The notes below the pieces were generated by a model. The model was not told the DNA's origin. It was given only the letters and a program-made list of their open reading frames with translations, and did not search any database. A stretch of DNA of 64,000 bases from Accumulibacter sp. (GTDB lineage: Bacteria; Pseudomonadota; Gammaproteobacteria; Burkholderiales; Rhodocyclaceae), in the NCBI GenBank assembly GCA_031280565.1, contig JAITGN010000131.1:7696-71695 (forward strand), in the 5' to 3' direction. This document shows positions 9,355-18,250 of the stretch, in pieces; the stretch's first letter is position 1, and every line of letters begins with the position of its first letter. The position numbers and the translations under genes are program-made.

Positions 9355-9390
9355 GCGCCCGGATCACATTTGATGATCCGGGCGCTTTTT
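9355..9390 (+). terminator. intrinsic terminator 2 (duplicate of terminator 1 context)
   Basis: 12-bp stem GCGCCCGGATCA/TGATCCGGGCGC followed by TTTTT, and preceded by a second GTTTGGGTAAATGGG. Confidence 0.7.
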
Positions 9391-9437
9391 CATGACCGCT
9401 CGTCATCGGCAACACCTACAAGATTAGGAGTCTTTTG

Positions 9438-11477
9438 ATGAAGCGAACATTGATTTCAGCGTCGATATCCCTGCTTTTCGTCTCTTTCCCGCTTCAGGCG
9501 GCCCCGATTTCGCCCCCCCCCCCGGATAGCCCGATACTCGGCACCGTCGTCGTCAGCGCGAGCCGGACAGCCGAGGAATTGCGCGATGTCAGCCAGAGCA
9601 TGGTTGTCATTTCGCAAAATGAAATACGGGAAAACGCCAGTGGGAACGTGCTTGATTTATTGAAAACACGCGGCTTTCAGGTCGGCATGTCGAACGTCGC
9701 TGGCTATGATAACGGCGTTCTCAAAATGCGGGGCGTGAGTTCGGCGGAACATGGAATCGTCCAGAGCGGTGATATTCTGGTGTTGATCGACGGACGCGCG
9801 ATCGGGACGGATAATTTCTCGGTACTGGACATGAACGCCATTTCACGCATCGAGATCATTCGCGGGCCAGGCGCGATGCAATACGGTTCTTCGGCAGGGG
9901 GTGGGGTTATCAACGTCATTACCGAGCGGGGCCGTAAAAAACAGGCGCTCAAAGTCGAAGCGGGCCTTGGGAGCTGGGACGCAAAAACGCTCAAGGCGTC
10001 CGCATCGGGCCAATCGGAATCGGGCCAGTTCGATTACGCCGTTTCAGCGTCGCGTTTCAGCGTCAGCGATTACGTTGACGGCAAAGGCGAGCGGAACCGG
10101 AATTCAAAAGTTGGCAGCCGCGAAAAATACGCAGTGAATCTGGGCTGGAATATCGACAAGGCCAATCGCGTCGGCCTCGCGGTTCAGCAGACCGAAACCA
10201 ATCACGCTGGATACGGAACGACGCCTGGCACGACTTACCCGCAATACAAGGACGTCGATTACCACGCGGTCGACCTGACCTATGAAGGGGCCAGCAAGAA
10301 CAAAAACTGGTTCGTGCGTTATTTTCAGGGTCAGTCGGGGTATGACCTTATCAGGGAGCAGCCCACCGGCTCGCAATTGATGCGACCGTTCTCGGATTAC
10401 AACAATAAATTCAAGGGGGCGCAAGGATCCTTCAACCTGGACATGGGCCGTTTCACGCTCGTCACAGGTGTCGATTTCCTGTATTACGATGTTGACCAGA
10501 ACCAGCCGAACTATTCGTATTCGACGCCCCGGTCGTCTAATCTCACGCATGGCGAGTACACCAATACCGGGGTTTTTGCGATCGGAAAGGCGCATCTGCT
10601 CGAAAAACGGAACCTGATTCTTTCCGGCGGGCTGCGTTACGACACGTTCAAATCGGATTTGACGACGCTCTACGATTTTCGTCCGGGCCAGCTGAAACAG
10701 CTTGATGTCAGCAGCACCTACCATAAATTCCTGCCTTCGGTTGGTGTTGCGTACCATCCGCTCGACTACCTGAAACTTCGTGCGAACTACGCCCATGCCT
10801 TCAAGATGCCAACGCCGCGTGAACAAGGCGGAGCGTTTTACATGGGAAGCGTGCTGTATACCGGCAACCCGGACATCAAGCCGGAATCGAGCCGAACCTG
10901 GGACATCGGGGTCGACGTCAATTACCGCTCGCTGGATATTTACGCGACCTATTTCAACTCCAACTACAAGGACAGAATCTCCAACATCACCATCGCGCCA
11001 AACGAACGCCTCTACATCAACCTGAACAAGGCCTATATCCGTGGCGTGGAAGCGGGCGCTTCGTTCAATGCCGGTCAGCGCTTCAACTGGGGATTCGATT
11101 TTACGCCATACGTCGCGCTGACCCGGATGACCAAGTACGAAGATCATACAGGCGCGAAAATCAACGACATCGCGAAAACCAGCGCCTCGTTCGGCGCGCG
11201 TTTCCGCCATCCCGCGTGGAAACTCTCGACGAACCTGGATTTCGTCTATTACGGCCAGCGCGCCGAGTATGAAAAAGACGCTGGCGGCAACACGATTGCC
11301 AATCTGCAAATCCTCAAGAATCTCGCGGACTTCGGCGGCGCGGCTGGCGGTGACCTCAAGCTGAAAGTCGCGGTGAACAACCTGTTCGACAAGTATTACC
11401 GGTTGTCGCCCAACACCGGGTATCTCTATTTGCCCGGCCGCTCGTTCTACGTCGGGCTGGTCTATGACATGAAATAG
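9438..11477 (+). CDS. TonB-dependent receptor (BtuB-like by riboswitch context)
   Basis: Signal peptide ending LQA, plug region VVVSASRTAEELRDVSQSMVVISQNEI, and a C-terminal beta-barrel ending in aromatic residues. An AGGAG sits 7 nt before the ATG at 9438. The gene contains an 11-nt poly-C tract at 9513-9523. Confidence 0.85.
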   Translation: MKRTLISASISLLFVSFPLQAAPISPPPPDSPILGTVVVSASRTAEELRDVSQSMVVISQNEIRENASGNVLDLLKTRGFQVGMSNVAGYDNGVLKMRGVSSAEHGIVQSGDILVLIDGRAIGTDNFSVLDMNAISRIEIIRGPGAMQYGSSAGGGVINVITERGRKKQALKVEAGLGSWDAKTLKASASGQSESGQFDYAVSASRFSVSDYVDGKGERNRNSKVGSREKYAVNLGWNIDKANRVGLAVQQTETNHAGYGTTPGTTYPQYKDVDYHAVDLTYEGASKNKNWFVRYFQGQSGYDLIREQPTGSQLMRPFSDYNNKFKGAQGSFNLDMGRFTLVTGVDFLYYDVDQNQPNYSYSTPRSSNLTHGEYTNTGVFAIGKAHLLEKRNLILSGGLRYDTFKSDLTTLYDFRPGQLKQLDVSSTYHKFLPSVGVAYHPLDYLKLRANYAHAFKMPTPREQGGAFYMGSVLYTGNPDIKPESSRTWDIGVDVNYRSLDIYATYFNSNYKDRISNITIAPNERLYINLNKAYIRGVEAGASFNAGQRFNWGFDFTPYVALTRMTKYEDHTGAKINDIAKTSASFGARFRHPAWKLSTNLDFVYYGQRAEYEKDAGGNTIANLQILKNLADFGGAAGGDLKLKVAVNNLFDKYYRLSPNTGYLYLPGRSFYVGLVYDMK

Positions 11478-11514
11478 GGTGTTTTTGGTTCGGATAGTTA
11501 ATGTGGCCGTTTCA

Positions 11515-11720
11515 TCCTCTCCTCCAACCCCTCTCCCACACGTGGGAGAGGGGGGAAATTGTGCCCCTCTCCCGAAAGTGGAAAGAGAGAAGTTCTCCTC
11601 TTCATTCGTGGGAGAGGCGCTTGGGAGGCACCACTCTCCTGTTCGCGGGAAAGAAGCGCTTTTGGTTTTTCCCCTCTCCCGCGTGCGGGAGAGGGTAGCC
11701 CGAAGGGCCGGGAGAGGGAA
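11515..11720. repeat. cluster of REP-like hairpins (CCCCTCTCCC..GGGAGAGGGG type)
   Basis: Examples are CCCCTCTCCCACACGTGGGAGAGGGG and CCCCTCTCCCGCGTGCGGGAGAGGG followed by TAGCCCGAAGGGCCGGGAGAGGG. The cluster sits between two receptor genes. Confidence 0.75.
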
Positions 11721-11826
11721 AACGCCACCTGGATCGCGGCAGGCATTTTGTATTTTCACGGAAGCCGCTTGCCTGAAAAAAAATCGCCGGAATTCAAAAA
11801 TTGCTGAATTTTCATTTGGAGGCTGT

Positions 11827-14042
11827 ATGCCAATTTCTTTAAAACCCGTGGCGCTCTTTTTGGCGCTTGTCTGCCTTTCACCCGTATCCCGCGCCGAAGA
11901 GACCGAGCCGCCAGAGAGCGATCGCGGAATTTCCGTTCTGGATGCTGTAGTCGTAACCGCCACGCGGACACCCACCGCGACCATGGATGTTCCGGCGAGC
12001 GTTTCCGTCATTACCGCCCCGGAAATAGAAGCGAAAACCGCGGCGTCCACGCCGGATCTGCTGAAACACGAGGCGGGCGTCCTTTATAACGAAGTTTCGG
12101 AATCACTCCAGTTGAACGGGCGAAGCACGGACGATGTCATGGTGCTGGTGGACGGTGTGCCCAGTTTCACGCCGTTCAACAACGACGCCAACCTGGAATC
12201 CGTCGCCATTGATTCCATCGAGCGCATGGAAGTCGTCCGCGGCCCGGCTTCATCGCTTTATGGCGGCAACGCGGTATCGGGCGTGATCAACATTACGACA
12301 AAACGCCCTGTGAAAAACGGTATCGCCGTCATGCTCGGCGCGGCAAACAACAATACCTGGCGCAAGAGCGTCAGCGCGCAATACCGGTTTAACGATCAAC
12401 TCGGCCTCAGCGCGGGCTGGGAAGAAAAAACCAGCGACGGCTACATGCAGCGCTACGCGCGCGTGGCATCCGCAAGCGCCACACCCGGTGCCGGCGCTGT
12501 GCAAGGCTCCGGCGCGATGATTCTGCCGAACGGAACAGGCGGCAGCCAATATATCGTGGGCGAACGGGGGCAGCGCGGCTACGACCGGGAAAACCTGTGG
12601 CTGAAGCTGCGTTACGATTTCAACGCTGCCAGGGCGCTGACCTATTCATTCAGCCATTATGAGTATGAGGGCAAGACAAGCGGCGCGAAAAGCTATATCA
12701 GGGACGCCAGCGGCAATCCGCTGTTTTCGGGCGCGGCGCTGCTGCCCGATGGCCGGTGGGTCAGGTTTTCCGAAAGCGCTTTCACGGACTATATCAACCG
12801 GAAAAAAGTGTTGACGCACGCTTTTCAATACCGCGACACGGAAAACGACGTTGCCGTCAATTTCGGTTTGTCCGATGTCCGCGACAACGGCTAAACTCGG
12901 GAAATTTTCTGGACAAGAACCGTCCAGGCGGCATGGCCGAATACCCGGGAAAAACATACAATCTGGACGCCCAGAAAATATGGAATAAATTCAAAAAACA
13001 TACTCTGGTCACCGGTTTCACCCTGCGTCAGGACGAAATGGATTACAAGAACTGGGCGCTGGATCATTGGGGAAGCACGCATTCCAAAAACAACCTGAAT
13101 TACGACAGCGGCGGCAAGGCAGCCACCCTGGCGCTTTTCGCGCAGGATGAATTCGCTTTCGCCGAAAAATGGAAACTGTTCGCGGGGCTTCGCTTCGACC
13201 GCTACAGCAACCGGGAGGGCTATTCGAACCACTATGGCAATTCCACCCATCTGCGCTATCCGTCGAGCCGCTATCGTGAATTCAGCCCGAAACTCGCCGT
13301 CGAGTTCAAGCCGGACGAATCCGGCAGTTACTATGCCTCTTACGGTCATTCCTTCCGCCCGCCCGATCTGTATCAGCTTTACCGGACATCTTCCTATTCC
13401 TCCACGTCCAGTTATCACTACGTCGGCAACCCGTGGGTCACTCCGGAAACAAGCGATACGTTTGAAATAGGACTCAAGAAGAAACTCACGCGGAAACTGG
13501 CGCTCAACGCCTACGCGTTCGAATCGAAAACCAGGGACGCCATTGTCGCGGTTCAGTATCCGGCGGGAACATTTCCCGTTTATCTTGATCCGACCATGCC
13601 TGTCCGCGCCTATACCAACGTCGACAGGGAAAAACGGCGCGGCGCGAGCGCGGCCCTGGATTACCGGCTCGACAGAAACTACAGTGCGTTCCTGAACTAC
13701 ACCTGGCAAGAAGGGAAATACACCGGCGGTTCAAGTCAGGGAGCGATCATTTCGTCAATACCCAGGCATCTTTTGCATGCGGGAATCGCGTATAACGATG
13801 AAAAATGGCAGGCGTCCCTCAACGGCACGTACGTCAGTCAGAGAAACGCCCCCGGAACGCCCACAGGCATTTATTATTTATCCTATGACCCGTATTTCAT
13901 CGCCAACCTGCGCGTCGCCTACAAAATTACGAAAGCATCGCGCGTTTCCCTGTTTGTAAACAATCTGTTCGACCGCGAATACTACCAGGACTATATCGCT
14001 CCGGGGCGCACGTATGGACTGGAAGTCCGGCTGGGATTTTGA
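11827..14042 (+). pseudogene. TonB-dependent receptor interrupted by a single frameshift near 12892
   Basis: The N-terminal 355 codons (signal peptide, plug VVVTATRTPTATMDVPASVSVI) end at TAA 12892-12894. The barrel continues in another frame (ORF 12756..14042) from about NSGNFLDKNRPGGMAEYPGKTYNLD to a typical C-terminal ...YGLEVRLGF. Combined length is about 738 codons. Confidence 0.65.
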
Positions 14043-14140
14043 TTCCGTTTTTGGCGACAACGAACTGAACGAAGGCGCGGTCGCTACAGTTTCTTCGGGA
14101 AGTCTCTCGGGACACAGGCTTGATCAATTAATCGTCTTCC

Positions 14141-14310
14141 AGCAAGAAATTAGCGACAGCCCGGGAGGCGCTGTCGTCTAACATCATTGGCAAGGGGTTT
14201 GCATCCCCTTGCCAATGGCTACGGTCGAAACCCCGGCCTTCAGGCCGGGGTTCCAAGCTCCGCACCTTTCTTGCGGGCGGGGTTTCAAACCGGAGTTAGT
14301 TTTACGATGA
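14141..14310 (+). repeat. four-hairpin mosaic element (HME) copy 2, full length
   Basis: Same termini as copy 1, with an extra CCCCGGCCTTCAGGCCGGGG stem-loop. Confidence 0.85.
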
Positions 14311-14408
14311 CGGAGATAAGGAATGAAAACGACTGAGCGCCGCGGACGAAGGCTTGACAGCCGCGCGCGAGCGTCGACTGGCTTGAGGCGGGCAGCGTCT
14401 CCGATTTT

Positions 14409-14624
14409 TTGAATAGCTCCGCGGCTTTGCGTGTTCTGCCAGGAAATCACCGGATTGTCGTATCGTCGGGCGCAGCGATTTTGTCATTCGCGGCGCTTCT
14501 CGGCGGATGCGTTACCCCCGGCCGGTCGTTGTATCGTTGGGATGCGCAATACGTTGTTCTTGACACGGCAGTGACCGTTGAGTTCGATTATTTGATGGTC
14601 GGCCGCGATGGAACGGAATTATGA
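14409..14624 (+). CDS. possible small lipoprotein
   Basis: 71-aa ORF with a lipobox-like AALLGGC. No recognisable family. It lies between inverted HME copies, and a 57-codon ORF with an AAGAGG upstream follows at about 14639. Confidence 0.25.
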   Translation: MNSSAALRVLPGNHRIVVSSGAAILSFAALLGGCVTPGRSLYRWDAQYVVLDTAVTVEFDYLMVGRDGTEL

Positions 14625-14924
14625 AAAGAGGCTCGAAGAATGACATATTCCCCAAGCGCCGGGAATAACCGGGGTATTATCGGGGCGCTTGTCAGCGCGG
14701 CGATAACGCGCGCCGCTCCGGATTATATGCCACTCGCTCGCCAGGCTAATGCCAGCGCGTTTTACACGTTGCCCAGAGGCCCTTATTTCCCTAAAAGGCT
14801 GAAAAAGTAGCATTTGCCCCCATGTCGTGGCTGGCGGCGGATTGGGTGTCTGTTGCATTTCGCCGCCAGCTTTTTATCGTGTGACGCATGCCGCGCATGT
14901 GGATAATCGTTTTCGAGCGGTTTA

Positions 14925-15089
14925 TCACTGAAATTTTAACGAAATCGCTTGACAGCGATATTACAGTTCTCGGTAGCGGTGAATAAAACCCTCTTTCGGA
15001 AAATAAAATCGCTTGAGAACGTTGTTTTATTTTCAGAGCCACAGCTGTTTCAGGTTAAAATTTCCATCTATGCCGTGTATTTATCCGGG
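14925..15089 (+). repeat. AT-rich element copy B, left part (box X at 15011-15023)
   Basis: AATAAAATCGCTTGAGAACGTTGTTTTATTTT. The matching box Y (GATTCTGGAATATTTT, 15268-15283) lies on the far side of HME copy 3. Confidence 0.55.
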
Positions 15090-15261
15090 CTTCATCGTAA
15101 AACTAACTCCGGTTTGAAACCCCGCCCTTCAGGGCGGTGCGGAGGTTGGTACCCCGGCCTGAAGGCCGGGGTTTCGACCGTAGCCATTGGCAAGGGGATG
15201 CAAACCCCTTGCCAATGATGTTAGATCGACAGCCCTGAAGGGCTGTCGCTAATTTCTTGCT
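15090..15261 (-). repeat. four-hairpin mosaic element (HME) copy 3, full length, inverted relative to copy 2
   Basis: CTTCATCGTAAAACTAAC...CGCTAATTTCTTGCT. It interrupts AT-rich element B between box X and box Y. Confidence 0.85.
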
Positions 15262-15545
15262 GAAACGATTCTGGAATATTTTCATTTCCCCGAAAAAAAT
15301 AGACGCCTGTCAGGAGAGCAAGCAGTCATGCGGAAAATTCCGTTTTTCTCCGGCGCAAGGTTGGGTGAAGGTTTCGCGCGGCGCGCCTCTTCCGGATTTT
15401 CCGGTTCCGGGCCTTTGTCTCCGGCGCATAATCGCCATGCCTGGCGTCCAGAATTACCCTTGGGCGCTTCAGGGTTGATCGTCCGCCGGTATCGGTAGAT
15501 AATTTTCCATTTCGGACTGGCACATTCACTGTACCTCCAGGCATC

Positions 15546-16130
15546 GTGACTCATTATCTGTTCATCATCGTTGGCGCCGTCCTCGTCAATAACGTCGTTT
15601 TTGTCAGAATTCTCGGTCTCTGTCCCCTCCTCGGCGTTTCGAAAAAGCTCGAAACGACCTTCGGAATGGGCGCGGCAACGGCGTTCGTCCTGACCTTGAG
15701 CAGCGGCCTCTGTTACGTCATCGAAACATATCTGCTTGTTCCTCTGGACATCGCTTATCTGCGCACGCTTACGTTCATCATCACAATTGCCTCGGTTGTG
15801 CAGTTTATGGAGCTTGTCATCCGGAAAACCCATCCGGCGCTGCATCAGGTGCTGGGTATCTATCTTCCGCTGATTACAACCAATTGCGCCGTGCTCGGCG
15901 TTCCGTTGCTGTCCATTGGAAAACGCCACGACTTCGTCGAATCGCTGATTTTCGGTTTTGGCAGTTCGGCCGGTTTCACGCTCGCGCTTATCCTGCTTGC
16001 CGGACTCCGCGAACGGACGGATACCGCCGACGTGCCGCTCCCTTTTCGCGGCAACGCCATCGCGCTTGTTACCGCCGGGTTGATGAGCCTTGCCTTTATG
16101 GGCTTCGCCGGACTGGACGGTTATCAATAG
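15546..16130 (+). CDS. rnfA: Rnf electron transport complex subunit A
   Basis: 194-aa polytopic protein with [22 protein letters not shown] typical of RnfA/RsxA. It is the first gene of an rnfABCDGE cluster. Confidence 0.9.
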   Translation: MTHYLFIIVGAVLVNNVVFVRILGLCPLLGVSKKLETTFGMGAATAFVLTLSSGLCYVIETYLLVPLDIAYLRTLTFIITIASVVQFMELVIRKTHPALHQVLGIYLPLITTNCAVLGVPLLSIGKRHDFVESLIFGFGSSAGFTLALILLAGLRERTDTADVPLPFRGNAIALVTAGLMSLAFMGFAGLDGYQ

Positions 16131-16131
16131 C

Positions 16132-16671
16132 ATGCTGACCGTTATTTTTCCCATGACGCTCGGCGCGGCGGCGCTCGGCGCGATGCTCGGCTGGGCGTCG
16201 GTCCGCTTCCGCGTCGACGGCAGCCCGCTCATCGACGAAATCGAGAACGCGCTTCCTCAAACACAGTGCGGGCAATGCGGCTTTCCCGGCTGCCGCGCCT
16301 ATGCTGAAGCCATAGAAAACGGCGCAAGAATCGATCTTTGCCCGCCCGGCGGCGAAGCGGGCGCGCGCCGGCTGGCCGATCTTCTCGGCCGCGATCCTCC
16401 CGCGCCCGGCATGGAGGAACCTTCTCCCCAGGCCGCCGTCATCGACGAACAACGTTGTATCGGCTGTACCCTCTGTATTCAGGCCTGCCCGGTCGACGCC
16501 ATCGTCGGCGCGGCAAAACAGCTGCATACCGTCGTCGGAACGCTTTGCACAGGGTGCGAGCTGTGTGTTCCCCCTTGTCCGATGGAATGTATCCAGATGA
16601 AAGCGGTCACCGAAAATATCGACAACTGGGCATGGAAATATCCGGTATTCGGAATCCGGCGCGTGAACTGA
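16132..16671 (+). CDS. rnfB: Rnf complex subunit B (ferredoxin-like)
   Basis: N-terminal TM segment, [16 protein letters not shown] cluster, and two 4Fe-4S motifs ([12 protein letters not shown] and [12 protein letters not shown]). The ATG at 16132 lies right after the rnfA stop. Confidence 0.9.
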   Translation: MLTVIFPMTLGAAALGAMLGWASVRFRVDGSPLIDEIENALPQTQCGQCGFPGCRAYAEAIENGARIDLCPPGGEAGARRLADLLGRDPPAPGMEEPSPQAAVIDEQRCIGCTLCIQACPVDAIVGAAKQLHTVVGTLCTGCELCVPPCPMECIQMKAVTENIDNWAWKYPVFGIRRVN

Positions 16672-16683
16672 CAAGTGGCGGAA

Positions 16684-18249
16684 ATGTTTCGTAAACTTTT
16701 CAGCTTCAAGGGAGGAATCAAGCCGGACACGTACAAGGCCGTTTCCACGCGCGAGCCGATCGGCATCGCGCCCCTGCCTTCGACACTGATCGTGCCTTTG
16801 CATCAGCACGCCGGAGGGCGGGCAATTCCGCGCGTCCGTGCCGGCGACCGCGTTCTTAAAGGTCAATGTATCGGCGAGGCAGACGGCTGGATTTCGTCGG
16901 CTGTTCACGCGCCGGCTTCAGGAAAGGTGCTTGCCGTCGAAAATCGCATGGCCGCCCATCCTTCAGGGCTTCCAACGCTTTCGGTCGTCATTGAGCCGGA
17001 CGGCCTCGACGAATGGGCTTGTCTTCATCCGCTCCGCTATCAGGCGCTTTCGCCGGAAAAGACGCGCGAATGCCTGCGTGACGCGGGAATCGTCGGTCTC
17101 GGCGGCGCGGCGTTTCCGACGCACGCGAAGCTCTCGGCGGCAAAACAGACCGCAATGGAAGCGATCGTCATCAATGGCGCCGAATGTGAGCCATTTATGA
17201 CCTGTGACGATATGCTGATGCGCGAACGCGCCGAAGGCATTGTTTCGGGCGCGGCCTTTTTCCGTGAATTGCTTGACCCGAAAAAAGTGTTGATCGGCAT
17301 TGAGGACAACAAACCCGAGGCCATCGCCGCGATGAGCGAAGCAGCAAAAAGATTCGGATCCGATTTTGAAGTCATCGCCATTCCAGCCCGTTACCCGGCC
17401 GGAGGAGCCAAACAACTGATTCGCGCGCTGACCGGCAAGGAAATCCCCGCAAGCCGGCGTTCGCCTGAAATGGGCGTACAGTGTTTCAATGTCGGGACAG
17501 CGTACAGCGCCTGGCGTTTCATAACCTTTGGGGAACCCCTTGTCTCACGGATCGTTACATTGACCGGCAATGTGGAAAATGCGCGTAACTGGGAAACGCG
17601 GATTGGAACGCCTTTCCGTGAATTCGTCGCGCTTGGCCACCCCGGACACGACACGAACGGTTTTTTGATGGGCGGCCCGATGATGGGGTTTGAAATTCCC
17701 GGAATGGACGCGCCGGTAGTCAAAAGCAGTAATTGCGTCATCGCGGCCGCGACCTCCCTCTTTCCGCCCCCCCCCGCCGAAATGCCCTGCATCCGTTGCG
17801 GATCGTGTGCCGAGGCTTGTCCGCACGAGCTTCAGCCATTTGAACTGTACCGTTTCGCGCGCGTGAAAAATTTCGACAGGGCGCGGGAATTTGCTCTCGA
17901 CGAATGTATCGAATGCGGTTGCTGCGCGTATGTCTGTCCGTCGAGAATCCCGCTCGTGCAATATTTCCGTTTCGCAAAAAGCGGTGTCCAGGCGCGCCTG
18001 CGGGAAAAAGAAAAAGCCGAATCCGCGCGTTCGCGCGTCGAACGTCGAAAAGCGCGCGAAGCACGCGCGAAAGCTGAAAAAGCGGAACGCCTGGCCGCCG
18101 GAGCGCAAGCATCCGGCATGGACGCCTCGAAAAAAACGGCGGTACAGGCGGCCATCGAACGCGCCCGGCAAGACCGCGAAACCATTCAGGCCGGAAACGC
18201 GAATGACGCGGAAACCGGCGATCGATACGACGAAGGGCAGCCGCGTTGA
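16684..18249 (+). CDS. rnfC: Rnf complex subunit C
   Basis: MFRKLFSFKGGIKP N-terminus, GLGGAAFPT, and two 4Fe-4S motifs (CIRCGSCAEACP and CIECGCCAYVCP), followed by a Lys/Ala/Glu-rich C-terminal tail. An alternative GTG start is at 16675. Confidence 0.9.
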   Translation: MFRKLFSFKGGIKPDTYKAVSTREPIGIAPLPSTLIVPLHQHAGGRAIPRVRAGDRVLKGQCIGEADGWISSAVHAPASGKVLAVENRMAAHPSGLPTLSVVIEPDGLDEWACLHPLRYQALSPEKTRECLRDAGIVGLGGAAFPTHAKLSAAKQTAMEAIVINGAECEPFMTCDDMLMRERAEGIVSGAAFFRELLDPKKVLIGIEDNKPEAIAAMSEAAKRFGSDFEVIAIPARYPAGGAKQLIRALTGKEIPASRRSPEMGVQCFNVGTAYSAWRFITFGEPLVSRIVTLTGNVENARNWETRIGTPFREFVALGHPGHDTNGFLMGGPMMGFEIPGMDAPVVKSSNCVIAAATSLFPPPPAEMPCIRCGSCAEACPHELQPFELYRFARVKNFDRAREFALDECIECGCCAYVCPSRIPLVQYFRFAKSGVQARLREKEKAESARSRVERRKAREARAKAEKAERLAAGAQASGMDASKKTAVQAAIERARQDRETIQAGNANDAETGDRYDEGQPR

Positions 18250-18250
18250 A

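Noticed and set aside
10104-12050. 648-aa ORF on the minus strand, plus many other long antisense ORFs (e.g. 12891..13709, 15282..16232, 16096..16908, 17545..18333, 19237..19953, 23587..24297, 27588..28373, 45292..46023, 48215..49192, 58121..58762)
   Set aside because: They lie entirely antisense to genes with clear family signatures. They have Arg/Gly/Ala/Pro-rich low-complexity composition typical of open antisense frames in GC-rich DNA, and no recognisable motifs.
17891-18250. Upstream extensions of the rnfD ORF (from 17891) and rnfG ORF (from 18601), overlapping rnfC and rnfD
   Set aside because: The extensions are basic, low-complexity read-through of the neighbouring genes in another frame. 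Family-typical N-termini start at 18251 and 19336, directly at the upstream stop codons.
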